DNA from: a virus
Virus record (IMG/VR): IMGVR_UViG_3300032268_001078
Coordinates: 115,716 to 179,715 of that record
DNA length: 64,000 bases
Direction: 5' to 3' (one strand)
In this document: piece by piece, positions 29,248-40,200 of the stretch
Numbering within the stretch: the first letter of the stretch is position 1
Layout: every line of letters starts with the position of its first letter
Notes under the pieces: generated by a model
The model's database searches: none
Seen by the model: only the letters and a program-made list of their open reading frames with translations
What the model was told of the DNA's origin: nothing
Position numbers and translations under genes: made by a program

Positions 29248-29826
29248 TTATTGTATTTTTTCTTTCTGTAATTTAATCCAATCTTTTACTTCTTTAACAT
29301 GTTCTGGTGTTAAACTATTTCCAGTCCATTCATTTACTTCACCGTCTTCAGTTAAAGTTTTACTAAATCCTAATTTAATAAAATCATCAAATTCCATTTC
29401 TATATTATTTAACATTTGATTTAAATTATTAGTATGTAAGTTTTTAGCATATTCTTCAAATTTACCTTCTAACTTTAAATTACTTTCCATTTTAGCAATA
29501 CATGTAGGACATTTATGTAGTAAATTATACATGTATTTTACATAATCACTTTTGTGATTTAATAGTCCATTACATTCAGGACAAGTAAGAGGCATATTAA
29601 ATTGTTTTTTAAACTTACTTAATTTAGGAATACTTCTTTTAATACCATTTTTAATAGTCCAAGTTTTACCTTGTTCTTCCCATGTGTCTCCTTCTTTTCT
29701 TTGAATATTATTTTCATAACCTATTTGACTTTGTGTTTTATCGCCATGTTTTTTCATAACAATATTTCGCATTCTTTGTACTTCACGCTCAGTAAACTGG
29801 CGATTTAGTAATGTTTCTTTATTCAT
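29248..29826 (-). CDS. Hypothetical zinc-finger protein
   Basis: CPEC and CPTC pairs. Confidence 0.55.
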   Translation of the reverse strand: MNKETLLNRQFTEREVQRMRNIVMKKHGDKTQSQIGYENNIQRKEGDTWEEQGKTWTIKNGIKRSIPKLSKFKKQFNMPLTCPECNGLLNHKSDYVKYMYNLLHKCPTCIAKMESNLKLEGKFEEYAKNLHTNNLNQMLNNIEMEFDDFIKLGFSKTLTEDGEVNEWTGNSLTPEHVKEVKDWIKLQKEKIQ

Positions 29827-32252
29827 AACTCGTATTTGTGTAATTTTTCTATTGATTCTTTTGAATTTTCTGGGTTGTTTTTTATTCCTATCCCACCAGC
29901 TTGAGTAAATTCTGTTGTGTTTTTACTCATATCATCTATTAAGATATAACCTTCTTTAGCTTCTGTGTGTTTATCTTTTGCTTGTTTAAATACTCTGCGA
30001 TTTTGTGGAATAGATGTATGTTTATTTAACCATTCATTTTTACCTTTTTTAGCGTCTCCATTAGGATCTAAACCAGGACTTGATAATACCCAAACTTCAA
30101 TACCATTTTTAGGAGCCATTTTCATAACATAATTATAAAGTTCTTTTCCTCCAGGATTCCAATTCATTCCTGACCAGTATGTATCTGTTCCTTTGTTAAT
30201 TATATCCCAAGCTTTTTTAGCGCCATATTTTCCAATGTATTCTTTAAAATCTAATTTTTCGTCATTGTATTTTTTAAACTGCTCGTCAAAATCAGCTAAT
30301 ACTCCATCTAAATCAAAGTAAATTCTTGTAATTTTTGGATTTTTTTTTTCATTTAATTTAGGAGTATTGTCATGTCCACATTTATGACACACATACATAT
30401 CTTTTCCTCCATCTTTCTTTTTCCAAGTCCAACCACAATTATCACAAGTTATAGTTTTTTTTGTTTCAGATTCGTTTAACACACCAATTTTATAAATGTC
30501 TGGGTTTTGTTTGCCATAGTCTCTCATAATAATACCAGCAATACTATTAGCATCATTTTCATGGTCACTGCCTGTTTCACCACTATTTGGTTTAAGTAAA
30601 CCTATTTCATTTTGTTTAGCATGAACTAATTCATGAGCTAATGTTCTATAAATGTCAACAATATTCCTATTAGAAGGATTAATGAGTATATGATGATCAA
30701 AGGGAACATAAGCCCCAAAGCTAGGTTGTTCCTCTCCGAATTCGTATCGGATTTCCAACGTTGGCGGGTTTTGAATTTGGAGTTCTTGACAGGCATAAGA
30801 CATAAAATTATTTAAAAGTGATTGGATATTATCTTGAGATGATTCATTCAATGAAATTGTTTTATCAATCAACTCATTTTTTAAATCATTCAATTTATCT
30901 AAATAACCTGTGTTTCTTAAATCTTTAAATGCTAAATTTTCAACTGAGTATTCTCCGTTTTTATCTAATCCAGCTTGTCTAAAATTCTTTAAACGTTCTT
31001 GTATTGTTTTTATTTGTTCTATTGATTTTTCAGGATTTTTATTTCCTGTTTTTAATAATTGATTTATTTTTTCTTTAAAAGGACGAGATTTTTTCTTAAT
31101 ATTTCCATCAGGAATATTTATAGCTTCATATTCTGGTTTCTTTTCCCATTTATCATTTAATACTGAATAAACTCCTGTAGATGTGTGTTTTTCATTTAGG
31201 TTTTGAACATAAATTTCTATAGGTTGTTTACCTAGTTTTGGATCATGAGCATTATTCCAATTATTTTTTGCTGAGTCAAACCATTTCTTTACCATTTCTG
31301 GGTTGGGAAATTTATTAAAATCAATAACAATGTGTAAATCTATATCAGATAAATTAGAATAATTGTAATTAGCAGATGAACCTGTTAATACAACATCATC
31401 AAATGGTTCAGGAATATCTAAACCATCCCAAAACATTGTAGCAATTTTTAATAATAATTCTTTAACTTGTGGGTCTAATTTGTCACCATCAAATAACATA
31501 GGATTAAGTTGGTTATTATTTTTATATTCTTCTAACCAAACCCAATTTTTTTCTTTATTATAGTTATTATCCTCTTGTAATGATTTAGGATTAATTGGAT
31601 TTATTTTTAGAATTTTTAAAAAATCATCAAATAATCCTTTATTAATAAGAGATTCAGGCATTAATGCTTTTAAATAATCATATGTGTTGTTATAATCATT
31701 TAAAGCTATTGTATATTCTTTAGTTCCTTTTTGTTGTTTACGTAGTTTATTAAAAGTTTCTTTTAATTTACTTATTGTTCCAACAAATTCAGCTTCACCA
31801 ACGTCTTCTCCATCTTTATCAGTAAAATGATCATTTATAACTTGACTATAAACACGATCACTAAATTTTTCTTGTAGTTTATTTACATACCCATTAGTTG
31901 TTTCTTCTTGAGATCCAGCAACATATGCTTCATTTTCTAAATTAGCAAAAAAGCTAAATAAGTCTTTAATAGGAGATGCATTTTTAGCAATAGCAATTTT
32001 TACCTTTGGATTTGGATTAGATTCTAAATATAAATCCCAAATAGCTTTACTTTGTTGTGGAGTAACATTGTTTTTAGTATCGTTTCCTATTAAAACAATA
32101 ACTTGATTTATATAGTTTTTTCCAGCTAATGATTCAACAGCATTAAAATGTCCTTTATTAGGTGGTTTAAAAGCCCCTGGATAATAACATGATAAAGGAG
32201 GATTTGCTATTTGTTCTCCTATTTGTTTCCCTATTTGTTCTATATTTACCAT
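29823..32252 (-). CDS. Multidomain fusion: HxGH-like cytidylyltransferase fold + pol-beta-type nucleotidyltransferase + HExxH zincin + Zn ribbon + HAD 5'(3')-nucleotidase
   Basis: YPGAFKPPNKGH; LTGSSANYNYSNLSDIDLH; LAHELVH; CDNC...CHKC; IYFDLDGVLADF...LIDD. Confidence 0.8.
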   Translation of the reverse strand: MVNIEQIGKQIGEQIANPPLSCYYPGAFKPPNKGHFNAVESLAGKNYINQVIVLIGNDTKNNVTPQQSKAIWDLYLESNPNPKVKIAIAKNASPIKDLFSFFANLENEAYVAGSQEETTNGYVNKLQEKFSDRVYSQVINDHFTDKDGEDVGEAEFVGTISKLKETFNKLRKQQKGTKEYTIALNDYNNTYDYLKALMPESLINKGLFDDFLKILKINPINPKSLQEDNNYNKEKNWVWLEEYKNNNQLNPMLFDGDKLDPQVKELLLKIATMFWDGLDIPEPFDDVVLTGSSANYNYSNLSDIDLHIVIDFNKFPNPEMVKKWFDSAKNNWNNAHDPKLGKQPIEIYVQNLNEKHTSTGVYSVLNDKWEKKPEYEAINIPDGNIKKKSRPFKEKINQLLKTGNKNPEKSIEQIKTIQERLKNFRQAGLDKNGEYSVENLAFKDLRNTGYLDKLNDLKNELIDKTISLNESSQDNIQSLLNNFMSYACQELQIQNPPTLEIRYEFGEEQPSFGAYVPFDHHILINPSNRNIVDIYRTLAHELVHAKQNEIGLLKPNSGETGSDHENDANSIAGIIMRDYGKQNPDIYKIGVLNESETKKTITCDNCGWTWKKKDGGKDMYVCHKCGHDNTPKLNEKKNPKITRIYFDLDGVLADFDEQFKKYNDEKLDFKEYIGKYGAKKAWDIINKGTDTYWSGMNWNPGGKELYNYVMKMAPKNGIEVWVLSSPGLDPNGDAKKGKNEWLNKHTSIPQNRRVFKQAKDKHTEAKEGYILIDDMSKNTTEFTQAGGIGIKNNPENSKESIEKLHKYEL

Positions 32253-32269
32253 TACTCAATTAATAAATA

Positions 32270-33049
32270 TTACTCTAATTTAGTTGTTATAGGTAATGTT
32301 TCAAATAATGGTTTATTATTTGGATTTTCAAGAGAAAATATTTCATAAATATTCTTAAACATTTGAAAATAATTATCAATTGATTTATCTGGTTCAACTA
32401 TTTCCCAACCTTCTCCTTGTAATTTACCATCTTTTGCTTTTCTTTTTGATGATTTTAACCACAATAATCCTACTTTTTCAATTTTATTTTCACTTATTTC
32501 ATTCCAAGCTTTAGCATATGCTGATAATTGTAAATTATATGAAGTATGTAATGAATTTGATGTTTTAATGTCTAAAATCCATAATTTATCTTGAATTTTA
32601 ACAATCAAATCACACGTTCCTGCATATTTGTGTTCATGAGATAATAAATGAATTTCACTAGCTACTAGTTCTGGTTTATGAGTATTCCAAAAATCACTAA
32701 ATTTTAAAATCATTTTCCATACATCTAAACTGTATTTTGCTGTTCCATTTTCATCCATCCATTTTAATTCTTCACCTTGTAAGAAATTTTCAATAGCATT
32801 GTGAACAGCTGTTCCTTCTTCACTTGCTTTTCTAACAATAATATCACTATTGTGTGAAACATCTTTTAACCAATTTTCAAAAAATTTATTTTTTGGATAA
32901 AAATTTAATATAGATGTTACAGATGGATAAAATTCTCCAGTTTCTGTTTTATAAAATCTACTATCTAAAAAATTTATTTGTTCTCCTTGATGTTCTACTA
33001 TACGTTTTAAATAAGGATGTTTGTAAATATTATCGTTTTTTTGTATCAT
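32270..33049 (-). CDS. Cas4-like PD-(D/E)xK exonuclease
   Basis: YPSVTSIL, GTAVHNAIE, YAGTCDL, DIKTS, QLSAYA. Confidence 0.85.
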   Translation of the reverse strand: MIQKNDNIYKHPYLKRIVEHQGEQINFLDSRFYKTETGEFYPSVTSILNFYPKNKFFENWLKDVSHNSDIIVRKASEEGTAVHNAIENFLQGEELKWMDENGTAKYSLDVWKMILKFSDFWNTHKPELVASEIHLLSHEHKYAGTCDLIVKIQDKLWILDIKTSNSLHTSYNLQLSAYAKAWNEISENKIEKVGLLWLKSSKRKAKDGKLQGEGWEIVEPDKSIDNYFQMFKNIYEIFSLENPNNKPLFETLPITTKLE

Positions 33050-33972
33050 AAATTTATTTTTCTAAGCATTAATTCACTAAGTGTTAGTGGGTATGCATTA
33101 TGTAATTTTTCTGTAAATTGTTCAAATCCCATTTCACTAGGATCTTTATCTTCCATATCAACCATATACACTTCTTTACCATAACTTAATAAAGTTTGCG
33201 CGTGATTTAATGCAGCCTTTTGAGCATCACAATCTAATGCAATATATATTGTTTTTACACTAGACTCAACGAGTTTTTTCATTAATGCAGTAGAAAGTGT
33301 CTTACCAAAGATAGGAATAGAATTGCGACGAACAGCAATGGCGTCAAACGATCCCTCAACAAGTATAATTGGCATCTCCCAATTGATGAGTGCCTCAAAA
33401 CCAATAATATCGTTTTTGTTGCATTTTGGTGTATCATATTTTCTAGACTTATTCGGATCCATAGTGCGACTGACAAAATAGTTGACACTGTAAGAACTGT
33501 TATAAGAAGGAATAATAATACTATTAGCATATTGTCCAGTAGTTGCATATCCTATATTATATTTTATAATTTCTGTTTCTGTTATTCCACGTTTTTTTAA
33601 GTATGTTTTAGCTCTTCTTGCTTCTAAACTTGTATCGGCAATAAGATGAATAAATTCTTTAGGTAATTCTACTTGATTGTAGTCTTTTACCAAATCTTGT
33701 TTAGGAGAAACACCTAAAATTGAACGAAGTTCAAATACTTTTTCTCTAGGTGCTTTTATTTTCCTAAATAAATTTGGAAGTTGTAAACCTTTTACATTAC
33801 AAACCCAACAAGCAAATGGATTTTCTCCTTTAGTATTGGTTTGAAGTTGAATTTCTAATTTTGGTTTATGATGATTACACAACGGACAATGAAATGCATA
33901 ATTTCCTCTTGCTGTTTTTTTACTTTTTCCTAAAACACCTTCTAAACAATTTAATAATAGAATATTATCCAT
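33046..33972 (-). CDS. DNA primase (Zn finger + TOPRIM)
   Basis: CPLC...CWVC zinc-binding domain; LVEGSFDAI; ALDCDA; KDPSE. Confidence 0.9.
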   Translation of the reverse strand: MDNILLLNCLEGVLGKSKKTARGNYAFHCPLCNHHKPKLEIQLQTNTKGENPFACWVCNVKGLQLPNLFRKIKAPREKVFELRSILGVSPKQDLVKDYNQVELPKEFIHLIADTSLEARRAKTYLKKRGITETEIIKYNIGYATTGQYANSIIIPSYNSSYSVNYFVSRTMDPNKSRKYDTPKCNKNDIIGFEALINWEMPIILVEGSFDAIAVRRNSIPIFGKTLSTALMKKLVESSVKTIYIALDCDAQKAALNHAQTLLSYGKEVYMVDMEDKDPSEMGFEQFTEKLHNAYPLTLSELMLRKINL

Positions 33973-33990
33973 TATTAATAATATAATAAA

Positions 33991-34446
33991 TTAACTTGGA
34001 AGAACCAAATCTTTTCTAAAAAAATGTCCAGAAATATTATCATTAAAACTAAGTGGATCTTCTAAAACATTGTATTTAAATAAATACTTCAATTCAGTGT
34101 ATGTTTGAATTTTCTTATTGGGGCAAATCGCTAAAATTTCTCTTTTAAAGTTGTTTTTACCTTCTGCTTTAACATAAGTTAAGAATTCTTTACTAGAACC
34201 CCAATAGTCTTTCCAAGTACTTTCTTTAGTAACAATTTTAGTTGATGGTTTTCTACCTCTTCCAGTTTGTTCTAATAATTCTTTTTTACCAAGTTTTTGT
34301 TTGGTATTATTAAATAAAATCTTTTTTCCAATATAATATCGATTTGATGTCTTATGTGTAATTTTATACACGAAACCAAACGAATCTTGAGGAAAATCGT
34401 CAACTGTATTGTAACATTTTAGTTCATTTTTAAATTCGTACCACAT
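33991..34446 (-). CDS. Short GIY-YIG nuclease (Seg-like); start reassigned to ATG 34446
   Basis: GFVYKITH...YYIGKK, WKDYWGSS, REIL, YTELKY; TAATG overlap at 34446. Confidence 0.75.
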   Translation of the reverse strand: MWYEFKNELKCYNTVDDFPQDSFGFVYKITHKTSNRYYIGKKILFNNTKQKLGKKELLEQTGRGRKPSTKIVTKESTWKDYWGSSKEFLTYVKAEGKNNFKREILAICPNKKIQTYTELKYLFKYNVLEDPLSFNDNISGHFFRKDLVLPS

Positions 34447-34844
34447 TACCAATCCATTTTAATTATAAAAGTCATATCTGTATTATTTGATAAAGGAACA
34501 GGTTGAGCCATTTTAGCTATTGCTAAAAGTTGATTTGAATCATTGTATAAACCTATTACTGATATGTATGGACTAAAATCTGATCCAGTAGCAAAGTTTT
34601 TTATTTGTGTGTCTGGTTGAGTATAGTAACTACTTGTATATGGTGTTGGAAGTACACTACCTGTAACCCAATCAGATCCAGATAAATACACATAACCTGT
34701 TGATCCTGTAGTTAAAGTTGGATTGTAACTTGTGTTAAATTCATAGTCTTTAACAACACATTTTATAGTTTGTTCATAAACAGGATAAGTGTTATTTATC
34801 TGTAAATTATATATACTGCTGGTATTTACTGTGAATAATGCCAT
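34446..34844 (-). CDS. Tail/baseplate structural protein
   Basis: YISVIGLYNDSNQLLAIAKMAQP, paralogous to the C-terminus of 35551-36576. Confidence 0.6.
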   Translation of the reverse strand: MALFTVNTSSIYNLQINNTYPVYEQTIKCVVKDYEFNTSYNPTLTTGSTGYVYLSGSDWVTGSVLPTPYTSSYYTQPDTQIKNFATGSDFSPYISVIGLYNDSNQLLAIAKMAQPVPLSNNTDMTFIIKMDW

Positions 34845-34845
34845 A

Positions 34846-35541
34846 TTAACTACATACGTAATAACCTTGATTGTTTTGTGGTGTTACATCAGGAGTGTAA
34901 AAATCAGGAACAAAGTAAGATGTTGTACAAATATTTGCTGTTATCAATGTAATAGGAATAATAGTTAATGTAGCTAAACCTTGTTCATACCATACATTCC
35001 CAACATAACTTGATTGACTCAATATTGTATTATTTACAGAACTAGAAATATTATTTCCTGACCATCTTAAATTGTATTCTCCATCATCATAAATTACACC
35101 TCCACTAACTTCTAATCTAATACTACCTGGTTGGATTTTTTCATAATAAATATTTTTAGGAATGTTTAATGTTAAAATATAATTTCCTGTGTCTGTAGGA
35201 AAGTATTTTTCTGTTGTAGTTCCATTTCCTAGTCTTTGTAAAGCGTTATAATCAATATTTTGTTTTAAAGTACTATTTAAATTATTAGTTTGAAAATAAG
35301 AAGAAGTACTATGAGACTCAGTAGGATAAAATTCAGGATAATAGTTACTTAATACAGATTGATAAAGTAAATTTTCAGTTGTGTATTGATTTTTAGGAAT
35401 ACTTCCTGCTTTTTCTCCTATATTAAATTTTATATTATAAGAATTAAATGAAGCAGATACAATATCATAATGTTTATTTGCTTCATAAGGAGAAACAAAA
35501 ACATCACTTACATCAAATCTTTTATTAAAAGTATCTGCCAT
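34846..35541 (-). CDS. Tail/baseplate structural protein
   Basis: IQPGSIRL...YDDGEYNL...VGNVWYEQGLA; tail operon context. Confidence 0.55.
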   Translation of the reverse strand: MADTFNKRFDVSDVFVSPYEANKHYDIVSASFNSYNIKFNIGEKAGSIPKNQYTTENLLYQSVLSNYYPEFYPTESHSTSSYFQTNNLNSTLKQNIDYNALQRLGNGTTTEKYFPTDTGNYILTLNIPKNIYYEKIQPGSIRLEVSGGVIYDDGEYNLRWSGNNISSSVNNTILSQSSYVGNVWYEQGLATLTIIPITLITANICTTSYFVPDFYTPDVTPQNNQGYYVCS

Positions 35542-35550
35542 GCCATTTTA

Positions 35551-36576
35551 TTAGTAATCCAGCTTAATTCTTACAAGTGTTTCTTTTGTAAAGTCTTTTT
35601 GTAATGGTTTACTTAATTTAGCTACAGCTAATAATTCATTATTATCATTGTATAATCCTACAGTAGTAATATAAGTTACAGGAGAATAAATCAATTGGTT
35701 ATAAATTAAATTTCCATCACTATCAATAATAGTTGGGTTTGCTGTGTAATTATTTTCAGCATTTTTAGCTCTACAAAATATAAAATTTGAAGAAATTACT
35801 TCACTTGCTTGTAAACTAAAATTAGCACCAGAACTCACAGCATTAAATAATATTCTATTGTTATAATTATAAAATGGATTTTGTTCAGGTGTTGAAGAAT
35901 TACTTGTATTCCAACTTATACCAATACCTCCATCAGCTATAGATGCACTTAAAGCATTAGGATTTAAAATAATAGCTCCTAAATCAGGAAATACATAACC
36001 ATATGTTCCCATAGCTGTTCCAGCTGTACTGTAAGCATTTCCTTGACTTCCACTTATTAAAGTATAATACTGAGTAGAATTAATAAATGTAGCTGATGTT
36101 TGAACTTGACTATTGTCTGTTAAACTTAATTCATCTGTTCCATTTTTTAATTTTAAAGTTAAACTTCCTGGATTGAAAGATTGTTTATATTTACTTCTAG
36201 CTACTGAAATTACCGCAATACTATCAGAACCTGAAGTATAATCAAAATTAAATTTAGAATTTTCATCTCCTAAAATTAATGCTCTCCATTGTCCATAAAC
36301 ATCTTTAGTAGGAGTTGAATATGGAGCTAAACTATTAAAATAATATGATCCGCTTCCTAAAATATTACCATAAGCTATTGAAAATTGATTAGTAGCATTA
36401 GCATCAGTTGAAGATGTTTGGTAAACATTTAAATAAAACCTACCAGTACTTCCACTTTCTTGAATAGAACTAGTAAAAAATGAATTTAATGTATAAACAT
36501 TATTAGACCAAGCGGGAGATACTAGTATCTCATTATTTACTACTTGGTCATCTGGTTGTATAGTTGTAAAAGCCAT
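35551..36576 (-). CDS. Tail/baseplate structural protein
   Basis: YITTVGLYNDNNELLAVAKLSKP C-terminus resembling tail-collar domains. Confidence 0.6.
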   Translation of the reverse strand: MAFTTIQPDDQVVNNEILVSPAWSNNVYTLNSFFTSSIQESGSTGRFYLNVYQTSSTDANATNQFSIAYGNILGSGSYYFNSLAPYSTPTKDVYGQWRALILGDENSKFNFDYTSGSDSIAVISVARSKYKQSFNPGSLTLKLKNGTDELSLTDNSQVQTSATFINSTQYYTLISGSQGNAYSTAGTAMGTYGYVFPDLGAIILNPNALSASIADGGIGISWNTSNSSTPEQNPFYNYNNRILFNAVSSGANFSLQASEVISSNFIFCRAKNAENNYTANPTIIDSDGNLIYNQLIYSPVTYITTVGLYNDNNELLAVAKLSKPLQKDFTKETLVRIKLDY

Positions 36577-37241
36577 TATTGTTTTTTCTTAACTGTGTAT
36601 GGAATACTAATTCTAGCACCTGAATTTCTACCTAAAATATTAATAGTTGTTGTAACTTGAGTAACACCAGTTGGGAAAATATCATTTAAACTAGTAGCAG
36701 TGATAGTAAATGCTGTACCAATTTGAGTAACACTTAATGGAGCTCCTGATGTAGTTGGAGTTGCTGTTGTACTTGGTAAAGCTGTTGTATCAACTCCTGT
36801 ACCTGTAAAAGATGCTACTAAATTTTGATTAGAAATTGTAATTAAATAACCTAAAGGTTCAACAGTTTCAATAGTTCCTAAATAATTTAATGTTGTAGGT
36901 TGTAAAGTAACAGTAGCCCCTTGTTGTATACTGAAACTAGCTCTACCACCAACATTTAATACTGGTAGTCTTGAAGTACCTCTTGGTAGAGTTACTAATT
37001 GATATTTAAGATCTTGAGTATCATCTACAAAAGCTTCTAATAAAGGTAAACGCTCAATTGCTTCACCGTAAAAAGCTGATCCTGATGGATGATTTGGATT
37101 ATAAAGTGTATAATCAATTTCATCATCTGCTAATGCAAATTGAGTAATTCTAAAAGAACCGTCGTTTCGTGCTAATAATTCTCTGCCTTTACGGGTTAGA
37201 ACAGCGTCTATAGTAACAAATTCGTTATTTAAATATGCCAT
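36576..37241 (-). CDS. Tail/baseplate structural protein
   Basis: DAVLTRKGRELLA...ITQFALADDEIDY N-terminus resembling the tail-collar N-terminal half. Confidence 0.6.
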   Translation of the reverse strand: MAYLNNEFVTIDAVLTRKGRELLARNDGSFRITQFALADDEIDYTLYNPNHPSGSAFYGEAIERLPLLEAFVDDTQDLKYQLVTLPRGTSRLPVLNVGGRASFSIQQGATVTLQPTTLNYLGTIETVEPLGYLITISNQNLVASFTGTGVDTTALPSTTATPTTSGAPLSVTQIGTAFTITATSLNDIFPTGVTQVTTTINILGRNSGARISIPYTVKKKQ

Positions 37242-37256
37242 AATTTATGATAAATA

Positions 37257-40200
37257 TTATACTAATAAGTTTTTTGATGCTAAATCTTGAACTATATTTG
37301 AAAAATTTTCTTTTAATGTTGAAGAAGGATATTTAGGTAATATAAATCCTGGGCCTTGAGAGTTTTGAGTATTTAACATTATAAAACCAGGGTCATCTAT
37401 TAATCGTCTTATAACAAAATAATCTAAATTTTGTCCTTGAGGAGTTCTATCTAAAAATAAATGTAATTGATTAGAAAGATCTATTGATGATGATAAAATA
37501 GTATATACTTGACTTTCATTTCCCATAAATCTTATTTCATCATTTATATTAATAGTAAAAGGTAAAGGACTTGAAAAACCACTATTAGGATTTGATATTA
37601 ATGGATATGTATATGAATCTAATTGAGTATAACTTTCACCATAAAAATAACTTAATGATGGAGATACTACTAATTCTGTACTTCCTGTTGTTGTTGTTAC
37701 TAAAAATGGTGCTTTAGCGTTTGTGTAAAGTGCTGCTCCAGCTGGATCTATTTTAAATTGAGTATAATTTCCTCCATCTTCATCTAAAATATAAATTGCT
37801 GAACCAACAGGATCTCTATTATCGGAGTAGGTTACATAGAAACTATCTCCTGCTTTTAATAATCCTGTCCAACTAACATCAAAAATTCCTGTTGTATTAT
37901 CACTAACATTTTTAGCCTCGGTGTCTAATAATACACCATTATTGTATAAACGTATAAATACAAATACAGTATCTGGTGAAATATTAAAATTATTTCTAAC
38001 TATTACTTTAGCAGATACAGTAACTTGACCAGTAGAATTTCTAGTTACATTGTAAGTAGAAGTTGAAGTATTCCATCCTCTGGCTTCATCTTCAGCAATA
38101 TCATTAAATTTTATACCTTCAAATTCTACAGGTTGGTATGTATCAGTTAATCCTACTAATGTTGTAATTGCAGTTATATCACCAGAAGGTGAATAAAAAG
38201 ACATTGTTGTATTATATCCTGGCTGTAAATAATTTGTATCTAATGATCCTGTATCTGAGTAAAGTATTGTTGAATAAGTTCTTAATGGTCTATGAACTGT
38301 AGTTGATTTTGAAGATTGTTGATAATAAGTAGCATTATATAATGTATAATTTACTTCATCATATGCTCCAAATCCTTGATCTACAATACCATAATACTCT
38401 GATCCAGTTGGTTCAGGTAAATATGTTTTCCCAGTTTCATCAATTAAATATCTAATATGAAAATTATTAGAACCTTGTCTTTCAGCTAAAGTATCACTAG
38501 TCCAATCATAGAATAACATATATGGTGTAGTTACTTCTACATTACTAAAAGACAAAGAAGGATAATTATTAATAAATTGATTAAAACCAGGAGCTGTAAG
38601 TTTTACACCTTCTACTCTACTTCTATCCCAACTAGTTTCAGTTAATAAACTGTCTTGAAATTCAACACTTCCACTTTTTAAAACATTTATAGTTGATGGT
38701 TGGAATATAAATTCAACAAACAACCATGATAAAAATCCAGGACCATCAAATGAATATAAACTTCCTTCACATGCATCTATAAGTATATTTCTACCACCTA
38801 AAAGAGCACTAGGAATAAGTGTTAATTGACTATTACCACTACAGTCTGTATATGTTAATATATGAGCACTACTTATATCTAAATTATTTACATCATATCT
38901 TACACAAGTACACCTTGTATCTGGTTCTACTTGAGTATTAAGTTTTTTAAATTTAAATTGACTAATTATAGCTTTATCAACATTATTATTTAAAGCATCA
39001 TATCCTCCATATTGTTGAACAAATCGTGTTCCATAATAAGGTTTAGAATCTAATATTGTATATCCAGTTCCAAAAATATGACCTATTTGATCTTTTAAAG
39101 CTATAATTTGAATTTGATTTAACCCACTAGAACCAGAAGCTTGTTGTGTGTTACTACAATCTGACCAGGTAAGTAATCCATCATATTGAATTGTATACTC
39201 ATAACATTCAGTCACAGATGTGAATGGATTAATTTGTTCATAAGAACTGTCTAAATTTATAGTAGAATCACTTATATTTCCTGTATAGAAAGCTTCATTT
39301 AATGGAGAATTTCTTGAACAACAATAATTTCCAGGATTAGATCCTTCGATAGTCACAATTTCAGTTTCACCAAAATACACAGAACTTGTACTAACATTAG
39401 GTTCATGTCTAGCTACTTTGTTTCTTTCAAGAATATGAGGTTTAATTATTACACCACTAGACATGTCTGTTCTAGCTGGTGTAAAATCATTTAAATATCT
39501 AAATAAAGACTTATGAAAAGTCTCCATTAGTATTAAAAAATCTTTATAATTGTAAGCAGTATTGTATTTAGTAAAATAGTTTTCTTGTAATTTAGTTAAA
39601 GCTTCATAATTAGAATCTGTAAGAGTTGATGGATCTCCTATAATATTATCTAAATTATAAGTATTACCTAAGTGAGCTATAATATCATTGTTAATTTGAT
39701 CTTGTGGACTAAATCCAGCTTGAGTAGTTTGAACATCAAATGTTCTAGAACTAGTAGAAGGATAAACTACAGATTTATTAAATTGAAGAATGTTTGAAGC
39801 TAAACTTTCACTAACTATTCTAATTTTATTAGTAACAGGAACAGAATATCCTCCAATAGCTGGTTGGCTATAATACATTTCTGTAAAAGAAATATAATTT
39901 GAACCAGTAAGATTTAAAGTAATATCTGGTCTTAAAGTTGGTTGTGAACCAGTAATTCTACTTCCACTTATTTGTAAATCATTTCCTAAAGGAAATCTAA
40001 ATAATAAATCATTATAAGCTGAATTTGAATTATTTCCTACATATGATTCTGGATTTAATGTATGAGTATTAATTATAGATTCAGAAATAAAATTATTGTA
40101 TGCTTTTAATTCTTGAAATTGACCATAATATTCACCAGTTCCAAAATTATAAAAAGGAGAACTAATTAAAGATGCTGTAATATTTGGAGGAATTGTTCCT

